Source of the DNA: Candidatus Bathyarchaeota archaeon
GTDB taxonomy: Archaea; Thermoproteota; Bathyarchaeia; Bathyarchaeales; Bathyarchaeaceae
NCBI GenBank assembly: GCA_963697165.1
Contig: CAVOMX010000025.1
Location: 118,525-182,524 of the forward strand
DNA: 64,000 nt
Reading direction: 5' to 3'
The position numbers and the translations under genes are program-made. This document shows, piece by piece, positions 10,234 through 21,700 of the stretch; position 1 is the first letter of the stretch, and each line of letters begins with the position of its first letter. Below the pieces are notes generated by a model. It was not told the origin of the DNA. It did no database searches and was given only the letters and a program-made list of their open reading frames with translations.

Positions 10234-10980
10234 ATGGGGCTCATTTCTATGAGCGTTGCAGTTGAAGCAAAAAACCTTGTGAAAGATTTTGGGTCAGTCA
10301 GAGCCCTTGATGGCTTAAACTTCAGCATAAAGAAGGGAGAAATCTTCGGGCTCATTGGACTCAACGGCGCAGGAAAAACAACTGCACTTAGAATAACATC
10401 CACATTACTATTGCCTACTTCAGGAACCGTAACCGTTTTCGGTCATGATGTTGTTGAAGAGGCTTCAGAGATACGAAACCTCATCAGTTATCTTCCCGAA
10501 GAAGCTGGAGCATACAAAAACCTTTCAGGAATAGAATATTTGCGGTTCATGGCAAGCTTTAGAGAAGATAATAAAGGCGCAGTTAATGACTTGGTTGACG
10601 TGGCTTCTGAAATTTCTGGACTAGGAGAGCGCCTCAAGGACAAAGTGAAAGGATACAGCAAAGGAATGAAACGTCGGCTTCTAGTTGCGAGGGCGCTCAT
10701 GACAAAGCCTAAACTGGCGATATTAGATGAGCCAAACAGCGGCTTGGATGTACTTCATTCGGTTCACGTTAGAACAATCATAAAACGTTACGCGAAAGAG
10801 CATGATGTAACTGTGCTTCTTTCGAGCCACAACATGCTGGAAGTTGAGTATCTCTGTGATAGGGTAGCGATAATAAACAAAGGCAAGGTCGTCGTTGAAG
10901 GCTCTCCGGAAGAGCTTAAAACAAAATACAAGGCGGTTAACCTCGAAGAAGTGTTTGGGGAGGTAGTTGGCTTTGTTTAA
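10234..10980 (+). CDS. ABC transporter ATP-binding protein
   Basis: GLNGAGKT, YSKGM, ILDE, SSH motifs. Confidence 0.95.
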   Translation: MGLISMSVAVEAKNLVKDFGSVRALDGLNFSIKKGEIFGLIGLNGAGKTTALRITSTLLLPTSGTVTVFGHDVVEEASEIRNLISYLPEEAGAYKNLSGIEYLRFMASFREDNKGAVNDLVDVASEISGLGERLKDKVKGYSKGMKRRLLVARALMTKPKLAILDEPNSGLDVLHSVHVRTIIKRYAKEHDVTVLLSSHNMLEVEYLCDRVAIINKGKVVVEGSPEELKTKYKAVNLEEVFGEVVGFV

Positions 10981-12268
10981 GGGATTATTCAACATTATAG
11001 TAAAAGAGGTTAAGGAGCTGGTCAGAGACCCCAAAATTCTCCTTCCAATGATAATTATTCCGCTCATAATGTTCCCGATTATGGGTTTTGCGATTCAAAC
11101 ATCCATGGAAGCAGCAGAGGGAAGCATGGAAGAAATTTCGGTAGCAGTGATGAACCTTGATGGAGGACCAGTTGCTGAAACAATGATGAGTAATCTTACG
11201 CAGTGGAATGCTAAAATTGTTCAGATTGACTATGCTGATTTCATTAAAGCCTTCAATGATGTTCAGGAATCAAACCTCACTGCGCTCATAGTCATCCCTT
11301 CAGGCTTCAGTCAGAACATAACTGAAGGAAAAACAGCAGAACTGGAAGTTTACACACCATTCAGGGGAGGGGGCATAACAGAGTCCACAAGCTCCTCTGC
11401 AGTTAGTGGTCTCTTGAGGTTCTTTGAAAGCAATATTGTTAACCAAAGAATTGAAGAGGTCTCCAAGAACCCAGAAACATTTCTGAATCCTATAGCACTC
11501 TCTGAAAAGTCGATAATCAAAGGAAAAGGCGTAGACATCAACCCCAGTGTCCTCTTTGGCTTAGTGATTTCGCAGTCCACAATCATGCCAGTGGGAATAA
11601 TGATGTTGCTTATCTTCGCCATGCAGCTCGCAGCAACAGCTGTGGCGTCAGAGAAAGAGGAGAAAACCCTTGAAACACTTCTAACATTGCCCATTAACCG
11701 CTTCATGATCCTAGCGGGAAAATTAACAGGATCAATCCTTGTTGCTATTGTCGGCGCCATAGCCTATCTTATCGGCTTCAGTTTCTACATTGACTCCTTC
11801 ACCGGCATGATACCAACTGAAGTGGGATTAGACTTGGCAAGCATTGGATTAGCACCCACTCTACTGTCATATGTGCTTCTTGGAATCTCCCTATTCATGG
11901 CACTGCTCTCAGCATTAGCATTGGCAATTTCGATTTCTGTCTTCGCAGAGGACGTGAGGGGCGCCCAAGCCCTAGTTGGTCCACTCTCTATATTACTGAT
12001 CTTTCCACTAATCTTCACAATGTTTACAGACATTACAACCTTGCCATTCCCACTATCAACCATACTTCTTGCGATACCATTCACGCATCCATTACTGGCA
12101 GCAAACGTAGCCTTCACAGGAAACTACTTACTAGCCATCGGGGGAATCATCTACATGGCAATTTTCACAGTCGGAGTTCTTTACGTGGCAGCTAGACTTT
12201 TCGGCACAGAAAAAATCTTAACAGCAAAACTGAAGTTCAGAAAATTCAATCTAAGAAAAAGGGATTAA
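10967..12268 (+). CDS. ABC-2 type permease (NatB-like)
   Basis: KEVKELVRDP, EKEEKTLETLLTLP, multiple TMs. Confidence 0.9.
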   Translation: MALFKGLFNIIVKEVKELVRDPKILLPMIIIPLIMFPIMGFAIQTSMEAAEGSMEEISVAVMNLDGGPVAETMMSNLTQWNAKIVQIDYADFIKAFNDVQESNLTALIVIPSGFSQNITEGKTAELEVYTPFRGGGITESTSSSAVSGLLRFFESNIVNQRIEEVSKNPETFLNPIALSEKSIIKGKGVDINPSVLFGLVISQSTIMPVGIMMLLIFAMQLAATAVASEKEEKTLETLLTLPINRFMILAGKLTGSILVAIVGAIAYLIGFSFYIDSFTGMIPTEVGLDLASIGLAPTLLSYVLLGISLFMALLSALALAISISVFAEDVRGAQALVGPLSILLIFPLIFTMFTDITTLPFPLSTILLAIPFTHPLLAANVAFTGNYLLAIGGIIYMAIFTVGVLYVAARLFGTEKILTAKLKFRKFNLRKRD

Positions 12269-12294
12269 CAGTTCCCTATTCTTTTTGTTTTTGT

Positions 12295-15200
12295 TTACCA
12301 GAACTTGCGCGGCAGACTGTCCATGTATTCGTTTAGGGAACGGATGTCAAACTTGTTGCCTTCCCGTTGTTCCAGCATTTTGGTGAGAGCTGACGCCAAC
12401 TGAAGATTCGTTACTACGGGTATGTTGAATTCGATAGCTAATCTGCGGATGGTGTACTCGTCCTTTAGGATTTCAGAGAAGGTTGCCAGATGGTTTGGCA
12501 TGGGTATGTTGATTACCAAATCAATTTTGCCTTCCTGAAGATAATCGACGATGTTTGGTTTCTGTCCCACTTCTCTCACTTTGCACAAAACCGAAATGTT
12601 GTTTACGCCTGCTTCTCGTAACGCCTCAGCAGTATGATGGGTCGAATAGATTTTGAAGCCCATCTTCCTAAGAGCCCGTCCAATGGGCACAACCTGTTTT
12701 TTCAGTTCTTTTCCGCCAACAGTTATCAGCACCGACCCGCCTTCGGGCGGCATCTTGAACTCGGCAGACTGCAGCGCCTTAGATAGGGCATCTCCAAAGT
12801 TTTCTCCTAAGCACGCTACTTCGCCAGTGCTTAGCATCTCAACTCCCAGAACAGGGTCTGCTCCGCTTAAACGCATGAAACTGAACTGTGGAACCTTGAC
12901 GCCAACGTGACTGATTTCGGGTAAATCAACGAATCCGGAATCACTGAATTTTTTTCCCAGCATTGCTAGGGTGGCAAGTTCTATCATGTTGACTCCGCGG
13001 GTTTTGCTGACATACGGCATAGACCGTGAAGCCCTGAGATTGCATTCGATAACGTAGGTGACTCCATTCTTTACTAGATACTGGATGTTGTATGGTCCCC
13101 TGATTTTGAGGGCTTCAACTATCTTATGAGTGTAATCCTGAACAGTTCGAAGTACATCGCTGTCCAGAGTCAACGATGGAATTCCCATGGTAGCATCCCC
13201 GCTGTGAACACCAGCGTTCTCAACATGCTCAATAATGGCTCCGATAATGTTGTGTTCACCGTCGTAGACGCCGTCAACTTCAACCTCTTTTGCGTTCTCG
13301 ATAAACTTCGAGATTACGGCAGGATGCTCCCTTGAAACTTTGGCAGCTAACTTGAGGTAATCTTCCAGTTCATCTGCGGTGAAGGCAACCCTCATAGCCG
13401 AGCCTGAAAGCACATAGCTTGGGCGAATAAGAACAGGATAGCCAACCTGAGAAGCAAACTTTTTGAGGTCTCGGGTTGTTGACAGGTCTCGCCATTCTGG
13501 CTGAGGAATCTCAAGCTCATCAAGCAGAGCACTGAATTTGGTTCTGTCTTCTGCTTGGTCGATGCTTTCTCCTGATGTGCCAAGCAGGTTTACTCCGGCG
13601 TTGGAGAGTTTTAGGGCTAAGTTGTTTGGAATTTGTCCGCCCACGCTGGCTATTACTCCGAGAGGATTCTCCTTGTCATAAATGTCCAAGATTCGTTCTA
13701 TGGTTAGTTCTTCGAAGTAGAGCTTGTCAGACATGTCATAGTCTGTCGAAACCGTTTCAGGGTTATAGTTGACCATTATAGCCTCTTCGATACCATTCTT
13801 TTTGAGCGCCCAGATAGTGTTTACTCCGCACCAGTCAAACTCAACGCTGGAACCAATCCTGAAAACGCCTGCTCCAAGAACTATAACCTTCTTGCTGCTC
13901 GAAGAAAATTTGATGTCATCCTCGTCTCCGCCATACGTCAAATACAAGTAGTTTGTTTTGGCTGGCCACTCAGCAGCAAGAGTATCAATCTGTTTAATCG
14001 CAGGAACAATATTCGCTTCTTTTCGTAACTTCCGTATTGTAAATTCGTCTGTGTCGCGGCATATGGCAATCTGCATGTCAGAAAAGCCGATACGCTTTGC
14101 TTCACGGATGGTGTCTAGGAATTCGCTGTCCGTATGTTTTATTGTGGACAGTTTATCTTGCATGTCGATTACGTTTTGGATTTTGTGCAAGAAGAACGGG
14201 TCAACACCACTCAGCTTGTAGATTTCCTCGATGGACATTCCCTGTTTTAGAGCTTTAATTATCATGAAGAGCCGCTGGTCTGTAGGTTTAGCTAAAACAT
14301 CCTTTATTGTCTCTATTGGTTCAGGTTCGTCTTCCTCGGCGTTGCATACCAAACCCAGCTTGCCAATGTCCAGCATACGAACAGCCTTCTGCAGCGCCTC
14401 CTCGAAACATCGTCCGATTCCCATAACCTCGCCAACAGACTTCATCTGGGGACCAATATGCCTGTCCACGTTCCTGAACTTCTGCAGGTCCCAACGAGGA
14501 TACTTGACTACAAGGTAGTCGAGAGCAGGTTCAAAGCAGGCTGTGGTTACACCAGTTACCTTGTTCAGCAACTCGGGCAGCGTATAACCAATACACAGTT
14601 TAGCTGCGATATACGCAATGGGGTAACCTGTTGCTTTGCTTGCCAAAGCTGAGCTTCTTGACAGCCTAGCGTTCACTTCTATGGCGCGGATTTCCTCTGA
14701 CTTGTTGTCCAGCGCCCACTGGATGTTGCATTCGCCGATTACTCCTAGACTTCGTATCGCATTTATTGAAACTGAACGAAGAATGTGGTATTCCCTGTTA
14801 GACAGAGTCTGGGATGGGGCGATGACTATGGAGTCGCCTGTGTGGATGCCCATGGGATCAAAATTTTCCATATTACAAACAATTATACAGTTGTCATCGT
14901 AATCTCGCATAACCTCATACTCGACTTCTTTCCAGTGCCCCAAATACTCCTCGATGAGTACCTGAGAGATCATGCTCTGACCCAAAGCGCGGCAGACAAT
15001 CTTCTTCAATTCTGTCTCGTTGTGGGCTACTCCTGAGCCCTTACCGCCCAACGCATAAGCCAAACGGATAATAACAGGATAACCGATTTCCCTGCCCACA
15101 TGAATGGCTTCTTCCAGAGAAAGGGCAGATTTGCTCTTGGGAATCGGAACACCAGCCTTCATCATAGACTGCCTAAACAATTCCCTATCTTCAGTATCCT

Positions 15201-15570
15201 CTATGGTCTTGATTGGAGTACCCAAAACCTTAACGTCATATTTCTCGAGAATGCCCTTCTTAGCAAGTTGGACGCCGCAGTTTAGGGCTGTCTGTCCCCC
15301 AAAGCTCAACATAATCGAATCCGGGCGTTCTTTTGCGATGACTTCCTCTACGAACTCGGGCGTTACTGGTAGAAGGTAGACTTTTCCTGCTAGGCGTGGG
15401 TCGGTTTGGATTGTGGCTATGTTTGGGTTAACGAGAACTGTTTCTATTCCTTCCTCACGAAGAGCCTTTAGGCACTGGCTTCCAGAATAATCGAATTCTG
15501 CGGCTTCCCCAATTTTTATGGCGCCGCTACCCAAGACTAGAACTTTTTTTATCCATTCGAACTTGGGCAC
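12295..15570 (-). CDS. carB: Carbamoyl-phosphate synthase large subunit
   Basis: GSGAIKIGEAAEFDYSG, two ATP-grasp domains, MGS domain. Confidence 0.97.
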   Translation of the reverse strand: MPKFEWIKKVLVLGSGAIKIGEAAEFDYSGSQCLKALREEGIETVLVNPNIATIQTDPRLAGKVYLLPVTPEFVEEVIAKERPDSIMLSFGGQTALNCGVQLAKKGILEKYDVKVLGTPIKTIEDTEDRELFRQSMMKAGVPIPKSKSALSLEEAIHVGREIGYPVIIRLAYALGGKGSGVAHNETELKKIVCRALGQSMISQVLIEEYLGHWKEVEYEVMRDYDDNCIIVCNMENFDPMGIHTGDSIVIAPSQTLSNREYHILRSVSINAIRSLGVIGECNIQWALDNKSEEIRAIEVNARLSRSSALASKATGYPIAYIAAKLCIGYTLPELLNKVTGVTTACFEPALDYLVVKYPRWDLQKFRNVDRHIGPQMKSVGEVMGIGRCFEEALQKAVRMLDIGKLGLVCNAEEDEPEPIETIKDVLAKPTDQRLFMIIKALKQGMSIEEIYKLSGVDPFFLHKIQNVIDMQDKLSTIKHTDSEFLDTIREAKRIGFSDMQIAICRDTDEFTIRKLRKEANIVPAIKQIDTLAAEWPAKTNYLYLTYGGDEDDIKFSSSSKKVIVLGAGVFRIGSSVEFDWCGVNTIWALKKNGIEEAIMVNYNPETVSTDYDMSDKLYFEELTIERILDIYDKENPLGVIASVGGQIPNNLALKLSNAGVNLLGTSGESIDQAEDRTKFSALLDELEIPQPEWRDLSTTRDLKKFASQVGYPVLIRPSYVLSGSAMRVAFTADELEDYLKLAAKVSREHPAVISKFIENAKEVEVDGVYDGEHNIIGAIIEHVENAGVHSGDATMGIPSLTLDSDVLRTVQDYTHKIVEALKIRGPYNIQYLVKNGVTYVIECNLRASRSMPYVSKTRGVNMIELATLAMLGKKFSDSGFVDLPEISHVGVKVPQFSFMRLSGADPVLGVEMLSTGEVACLGENFGDALSKALQSAEFKMPPEGGSVLITVGGKELKKQVVPIGRALRKMGFKIYSTHHTAEALREAGVNNISVLCKVREVGQKPNIVDYLQEGKIDLVINIPMPNHLATFSEILKDEYTIRRLAIEFNIPVVTNLQLASALTKMLEQREGNKFDIRSLNEYMDSLPRKFW

Positions 15571-16716
15571 CTATTTCGCCTCCACAAGTTTTCTGAATCG
15601 ATCAAACAGAAATTCTGTGTCGTAGGGTCCGGGCGATGCTTCAGGATGCCACTGTAGGGCAAAGGCGGGTTTGGTTTTGTGTTTTACACCTTCAACTGTT
15701 TTGTCGTTGGCGTTCATGAACCACGCTTCCAAGCCAGTGCCGGCTAGGGAGTCCCTTTCTGCTGTGTAGCCGTGATTCTGGGTGGTGATGTAGCATCTTC
15801 CTGTTTCTAGGTCTAGGGCGGGCTGATTCTGGGATCGGTGACCATACTTTAGCTTGTAGGTATCACCGCCAAGAGCCAAGGCGAGAATCTGTGTTCCAAG
15901 GCACACGCCCATCATCGGCATATTTTCATCCATCAGTTCCCGGACGGTTTCGATTGTTTTCACGCACTGCTTCGGGTCGCCGGGACCATTGCTTATCATC
16001 ACGCCGTCTGGATTGTAGTCCAAAATCTGTTCTGCCGAAAAGTTGTAGGGAACCCGCATTACGTCGAAGCCTCTTCGTAGAAGGTTGCGTAGGATGCCGT
16101 ATTTGACTCCGCAGTCGATTAGAACTGCTAGTTTGTTTCCTCCAGACGGGTAAAGAATTGGCTCTTTTACTGTTACCTGTTTTACGAGGTCTGTGGAGTT
16201 GGGATCCTGAACCGTCTTTATTTCCTTCACAAGCTTGGGCAGGTCAGGTTCCTCATCCGCCTCACATACTTTTAGGATTCCCAGCATTACACCTTTGACT
16301 CTGAGTTTTTTCGTGAGTTTTCGGGTGTCGATTCCGTATATGCCGGGTACTTCTTCGTCTTTTAGCCACTGGTCCAGTGTCCGTGTAGATGCCCAATGGA
16401 AAGGATTCTTGCATAGCTCGTGGACGACAAAGCCCGTTACTTTGATGTCGTCGGATTCGAAGTATTTGAAAACTCCATTCTCTTTGTCGTATGGTGGAAC
16501 TCCGTAGTTCCCAACCAGAGGATACGTGAAGGTCAGGATTTGTCCATTGTAGGATGGGTCAGTTAATGATTCGGGGTATCCAACCATGGAAGTTGAAAAT
16601 ACGATTTCGCCAGAAACCTTCTTTGGTGCACCGAAGCCGTAGCCAACAAAAGTAGAGCCATCTTCCAAAACGAGAACAGCTTTACCAGGTTTCTGGACGT
16701 TAGTTTTTGTGTTCAC
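15571..16716 (-). CDS. carA: Carbamoyl-phosphate synthase small subunit
   Basis: SNGPGDP, GVCLG, QWHPEASPGP. Confidence 0.97.
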   Translation of the reverse strand: MNTKTNVQKPGKAVLVLEDGSTFVGYGFGAPKKVSGEIVFSTSMVGYPESLTDPSYNGQILTFTYPLVGNYGVPPYDKENGVFKYFESDDIKVTGFVVHELCKNPFHWASTRTLDQWLKDEEVPGIYGIDTRKLTKKLRVKGVMLGILKVCEADEEPDLPKLVKEIKTVQDPNSTDLVKQVTVKEPILYPSGGNKLAVLIDCGVKYGILRNLLRRGFDVMRVPYNFSAEQILDYNPDGVMISNGPGDPKQCVKTIETVRELMDENMPMMGVCLGTQILALALGGDTYKLKYGHRSQNQPALDLETGRCYITTQNHGYTAERDSLAGTGLEAWFMNANDKTVEGVKHKTKPAFALQWHPEASPGPYDTEFLFDRFRKLVEAK

Positions 16717-16730
16717 AGTTATGACCTACA

Positions 16731-18226
16731 CTACTTTTCAAGCATCATTTTTCGGGTGGAGTAACGCTGAACCACAGACTTTAGCTGCATGTCAGCTTCC
16801 TCTAGCCTGCTTTTCTGTTCTTTGAGGCTGGTTTTTGACTGGCTTGTCAACTGTATACGGTTTTTGAGCATTCGTTTAACTTCTGCTGGAGCTGGACCGC
16901 CCATGGCTTTGTGACTTTCAACACATTTTTGGGGGTCGATTGAGTCTTTGATGTCCGCCAGTTTAACGGCTAGAACGATTCCCGCAGAATCTTTAGCGGT
17001 TTCATTTAACAGTTCAGGTGTCAAGTCAGAAAGCGCCAGCTTCTGGTCCAGCAAGGTTTTGACGACGACACCAACTATCTTGTGTGAAGTCCTGAAGGGA
17101 ACATTATACTTCTTTACAAGCAGGTTAGCCAGTTCCGTCGTGGTTGAGTAATTGAGTATCTGCTTGCTGAAGACGTTCTTGTTTATGTTCAAGTTTTTAG
17201 CTAGCTCAGAAAGCATATTCACTGACGCTGAGACGGTTTCGAGTGACTCCCACAGTTTAGGAGTAAGCTCCTGCAGGTCAAGATTGTAACCCGAGGGCAA
17301 AGCCTTCATTGTTGTTGCTGATGCTACAAAGTTGCCGAGAACCTGACTCATCCGCGCCCTGATGACCTCTAGAACATCTGGATTCTTTTTCTGGGGCATT
17401 ATGCTGCTTGTAAACGCGAAGCTTTCTGGAAGATCAATTATTCCAAAGTCAGGGGAGCTCCAGACAATCAGGTCTTCAGCCATTCTGCTAACGTCAATAG
17501 CGAGTAATGTGAGGTCAGCAAGGGTTTCTAGAACAAAATCGCGGCTGCCGACCGCATCTATGGAGTTCTCTAGCACTTTGCTAAAGCCCAGCAGTTCGGC
17601 GGTGCGGTCGCGGTTTATTGGGAAGCTTGTGGTTGCTATAGCTCCTGCGCCCATGGGGCACATGTTAACTCGGGGAAAAGTCTCTTCTAACCGTTTCAGG
17701 CTCCGCTCCAGCGCATCCACGTAGGAAACTAGAATGTGAGCGAATGTTACGGGCTGTGCAGGATGCAGATGCGTATAAGACGGAACCACCGTTTCGGTGT
17801 GTTTTTCAGCCAGCTCCACTAGAGAGTCCTGCAGCTTTACTACGACATTCATCAGTTCTAGGATGCTTATTCGAAGTGCCATCCTTATTGCTGTTGACAC
17901 TTGATCGTTTCGACTTTTTGCTATGTGCAGGTTTCCGCCATATGTCTAAGCCAACTTTTTTGTTGATTTCCTCTTCGACTGCTAGGTGAACGTCTTCAAG
18001 TGACTGGTCTAGTGCCATTTTGGGGTCTAGTTCTAACTAGGGCTTGGAGTAGCTGGGCACCGATTTTAGAATCAATTATTTTCTGCTCAATAAGCATGGT
18101 TACGTGGGCTTGGTTGATTTTGATTACTTCTTCCAGTAGCTTTTGGTCGCTTTTTATGGATGCAGTAAATTCAACGGCATCTTTTCGTGCAGAGCCTATT
18201 CTTCCTCCACGCAACAGCTTAGACAA
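16731..18226 (-). CDS. argH: Argininosuccinate lyase, frameshifted near 17940-18020 (probably sequencing error)
   Basis: N-terminus in 17996-18226, EDVHLAVE in a middle frame, YTHL..AQP and SSIMPQKKNPD in 16731-17900. Confidence 0.9.
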
Positions 18227-18283
18227 CTTTTTTCACACCTAACAGTTCTATATGGAACAGACAGCCGAAACCGTCCAGTTCCG

Positions 18284-19496
18284 TTAACATTTCTTTTCGT
18301 TTTTCACCTTCTCTTTGAGTATGTTAGCTACCTTGGTGGGCAGTCCCCACAGTTCAATGAAGCCCTCAGCATACGCTTGATTGAACGATGTTTCTACCTC
18401 GTAGGTTGCCAAGTTCTTGTCATACAAAGACATTGGTGAGGAGCGTCCCACAACCCAGCAGTGTCCCTTATACAGCTTCATTTTCACTTCTCCGCAGACG
18501 CGCTCCTGAGTCTTGTCAATGAAGGCTTCCAGAGCCTCCCGCAGCGGGTCTATCCACAAGCCAGTGTAAACGAGCCATGTCCACTTTTCGTCTATCTGTT
18601 TCTTGAACTCTAGTTCGTGGCGCGTCAGAATCATCTTCTCTAGGTCTTTGTGGGCTTCAATCATCACCTCGGCGGCTGGAGACTCGTAGATTTCCCTTGA
18701 TTTGATTCCAACCAGCCTGTCCTCGATGTGGTCAACGCGCCCAATTCCATGCTTCCCAGCAATCTCGTTGAGTTTTTCGATCAACGCTACGGGCTTCATC
18801 TTTTTTCCGTTCAGGGCAACTGGACAGCCAGCCTCAAACTGGATTGTGACATATTCTGGTTTGTCTGGGGCCTCTTCGGGAGAAATTGTCAGTTCATAGA
18901 TTTCTTCTAGCGGTTCCTGTTCCGCATTCTCTAGGGGTCCGCATTCTATTGAGCGTCCCCACAGGTTCTGGTCTATGCTGTAAGGGTCAGATAGGTGAGG
19001 AATGGATATGCCTTTTTCTTTGGCGTACTTGATTTCTGCTTCTCTGCAGAGTCCCCACTCCCTAACTGGAGCCATAACCTTGAGGTTTGGGGCAAGAGCC
19101 TTGACTGTAACGTCGAAGCGCACCTGATCGTTGCCTTTTCCTGTGCAACCGTGGGCGACGGCTATTGCTTTTTCCTGTTGTGCGATTTCGACCAGCTTTT
19201 TTGCGATTAACGGGCGCCCTAGGGCTGTTGCCATTGGATATTTTCCTTCGTAGAGTGCGTTTGCTTTTATGGCTGGAAAGACATAGTTTTGTGACGAATT
19301 CTTCTGTGCCGTCTATTGAGTAGTGTTTTTTGGCGCCTAGGGTGTGGGCTTTGTCTGCGACCCTTTTTAGGTCGGTTTGTTGCCCCAGCTCCATTGTGAA
19401 TGTTATGATGTCCACGTCGTATTCTTCCTGTAACCATTTTATGAGAACAGACGTGTCTAGTCCGCCAGAATAGGCTAATATTATCGTGTCTTTCAT
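18284..19496 (-). CDS. argG: Argininosuccinate synthase, frameshift near 19290
   Basis: LAYSGGLDTS in the upstream frame; HGCTGKGNDQVRF and YSIDQNLWG downstream. Confidence 0.92.
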
Positions 19497-19585
19497 TGTG
19501 TTTCCCAGTTCGAGGTTGATAATTCGGGAAATGCTTATATAGATTTTGGTCAATATCATAGTAAATTGTACAGAAGTGACCAAAA

Positions 19586-20251
19586 ATGGTCAATTCCATC
19601 GCGAAAACCGTCCAAAACCTCATCGATGATGACCTCTCCCTACAGGATGCCCTGCAAAGAGACTACGGAAACTACAGCGCAATAGCCAGAATGCTCCTGC
19701 CCAAAATCAAAGAATCAGTAAACAGCGAAGTTAACCTCGAAAGCGTAATAACCTCGGTTAAACGCGCCAAAACAAACTACACAATCCTGCAAGGAAAAAT
19801 AACACGAGTCGTCGCTGGAAGCGACTTAAACATCAGAACAGACATGGCAAAAGTTTCTGTCGAAAAAACAAAAGAGAACCTGGAGAAGATAAGAAAAACG
19901 TTAGCAACGTTCTCGGGTGACTTTCTTCAAGTCATAGAAGGAAACACTGTCGTCACACTAATCTCTGATTTAAATTCTTTCAACAAAATCAGCTCCATCT
20001 TCACCAAAAAGGATGTGATAGACCAGAAACAGAACCTGTCAACAGTCATCATCCGAAGCCCAGACGAGATAACATCCACGCCCGGATGTGTACAAGCATT
20101 CTACAACGCAGTCTCACGACGTCACATCAACATAGAGGAGACAATGAGCTGCTACACAGAAACAATAATCGTGCTAGCCATGGAAGACGTAAGCAAAGCC
20201 TTCGCGGCACTCACAGACATCATAACAGAAGCGAGAAGAAAAACAGCCTAA
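19586..20251 (+). CDS. ACT-domain protein, putative regulator of the arg/car operon
   Basis: NYSAIAR HTH-like N-terminus; TPGCV...INIEETMSCYTE ACT-like C-terminus; divergent from argG. Confidence 0.75.
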   Translation: MVNSIAKTVQNLIDDDLSLQDALQRDYGNYSAIARMLLPKIKESVNSEVNLESVITSVKRAKTNYTILQGKITRVVAGSDLNIRTDMAKVSVEKTKENLEKIRKTLATFSGDFLQVIEGNTVVTLISDLNSFNKISSIFTKKDVIDQKQNLSTVIIRSPDEITSTPGCVQAFYNAVSRRHINIEETMSCYTETIIVLAMEDVSKAFAALTDIITEARRKTA

Positions 20252-20259
20252 ACAAAACA

Positions 20260-20320
20260 GGCAATAATATTAGTAGACTAATAACAGATTATTGTTGAAA
20301 ACAGCCTTTTTCTGGAAAAA
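20260..20320. repeat. Dispersed ~60-bp intergenic repeat, copy 1
   Basis: actaataa...attgttgaaaa..gcctttttc.ggaaaa shared with 36089-36144. Confidence 0.7.
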
Positions 20321-20414
20321 CTAAGCAACAAAAATAATGGGTTATCACTAGGCAACTTGTACATTTAAATCAAAATGGCGTGCTTCAAAAAAGCGCGCAC
20401 AAACTTGGCGCAGT

Positions 20415-20624
20415 TTATTCTTCTTTTGGCTGGAGTGCAACATTGAAGGCAACTGTTTTGCCACCATGCTTCCGCTCACATTTCACGGTTACAGTTTCCC
20501 CATCGTCGCTTATATAGACAACTTTGCCAAAATGGCCCGCTTCCTGATGGAAAACACTGTGTACCGGAATCTCCATCCTATCGCCAATCTTAAGTTCTGC
20601 CATTAACAGTTCTTCCCTAAACAT
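20415..20624 (-). CDS. Small hypothetical protein (SH3/KOW-like; start likely MAELKIGD)
   Basis: LKIGD...GKVVYISDDGETVTV pattern. Confidence 0.65.
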   Translation of the reverse strand: MFREELLMAELKIGDRMEIPVHSVFHQEAGHFGKVVYISDDGETVTVKCERKHGGKTVAFNVALQPKEE

Positions 20625-20921
20625 CTACGCGGCTCCAAAACAGCAACCACGTTTACCTCAGACACGTAACTTCTTCTCGATAAGCTGAGCGCAACTATTA
20701 AACATTACCTGAACACACACCCAAACACCGAAACAGAGGTTTTCCCCCAAAAAACAACAGTAAAGAAGACAAAAACTAAAGTGATTACAAAATTTATGAA
20801 AGCAACATTGTTTCGGGGAAGTGAACAAAAAAGCGCCACAAAAAATGTTACACATTCAACAAGCAATGTGCAAAGAGCTTATCTACGGGTGTTAACTATT
20901 TGGTGAGTGAAGGAAAAACTG

Positions 20922-21068
20922 ATGCCAAGAGACCCAGTATGCGGCGTGATTCTGACCGAAAAGACAGCCAAATATAAAATAACACACGATGGAGAAACAT
21001 ACTTCTTCTGCAGCGTAAAATGCAAAAAGAAATTCAAAAGAAACAGAAGCAAATTCGCCGACAAATAA
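20922..21068 (+). CDS. YHS/TRASH domain protein (48 aa, not in the ORF track)
   Basis: Translated by hand: MPRDPVCGVILTEKTAKYKITHDGETYFFCSVKCKKKF. Confidence 0.85.
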   Translation: MPRDPVCGVILTEKTAKYKITHDGETYFFCSVKCKKKFKRNRSKFADK

Positions 21069-21569
21069 AAAATCGGCTTTTTAAAGTGCATAATCACGAA
21101 TTTTAATTATGTGTTCTTCTATAAACCGCAACAATTGATAACCAAACAGTATAGCGGCAACATACGGAGCCCACAAAATCACTGGCCAATTTCCAGGAAT
21201 GTAATGCCACAAATCAGACTGGGTTGCAAACACTTCCATAAGAACCAGTGAAAAAAGCCCAGCAATAGCCAAGTAAAATTGTTCTTTAACATTATTTGTT
21301 TTGCCATTGCGTTTTCTGTTAAGCATTAGAACCGCCCATGCACCTATGAATGCAAAGAAGAGAATGAACCAATTTTGGTTAAAGTCAAATAGTGAGTTGC
21401 ATACCCCAAAAACAAGGTTACTCTATAAAAACCTTATTTATTTTCCCCAAAAAACTCGAATCAACAAAAAAACAAACCCAAATACAATCAACAGGGCACA
21501 CCGCCAAAAGAACCAAACCATGAGAATCCTTATGTAAAACCTGACGCATCAAAGAATTCGTGAAAAAAA

Positions 21570-21647
21570 GGGGCCGTCGGCTAGCATGGTCTAGGCTCTG
21601 AGCCTCGGACGTTCGGGACCCCGGTTCAAATCCGGGCGGCCCCACCA
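21570..21647 (+). tRNA. tRNA-Pro (anticodon CGG), CCA encoded
   Basis: GGGGCCG/CGGCCCC acceptor, CCCGG-TTCAAAT-CCGGG T arm, loop CT-CGG-AC. Confidence 0.85.
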
Positions 21648-21700
21648 AAAGCTACGCTAAAAGGGATAAACAAAAAAATGTACCTAAAAACTAGGCTAAT

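Noticed and set aside
280..19623. Numerous short antisense ORFs overlapping housekeeping genes
   Set aside because: Shadow frames of clearly identified genes
21418..21648. 76-aa ORF MVGPPGFEPG
   Set aside because: Antisense shadow of tRNA-Pro
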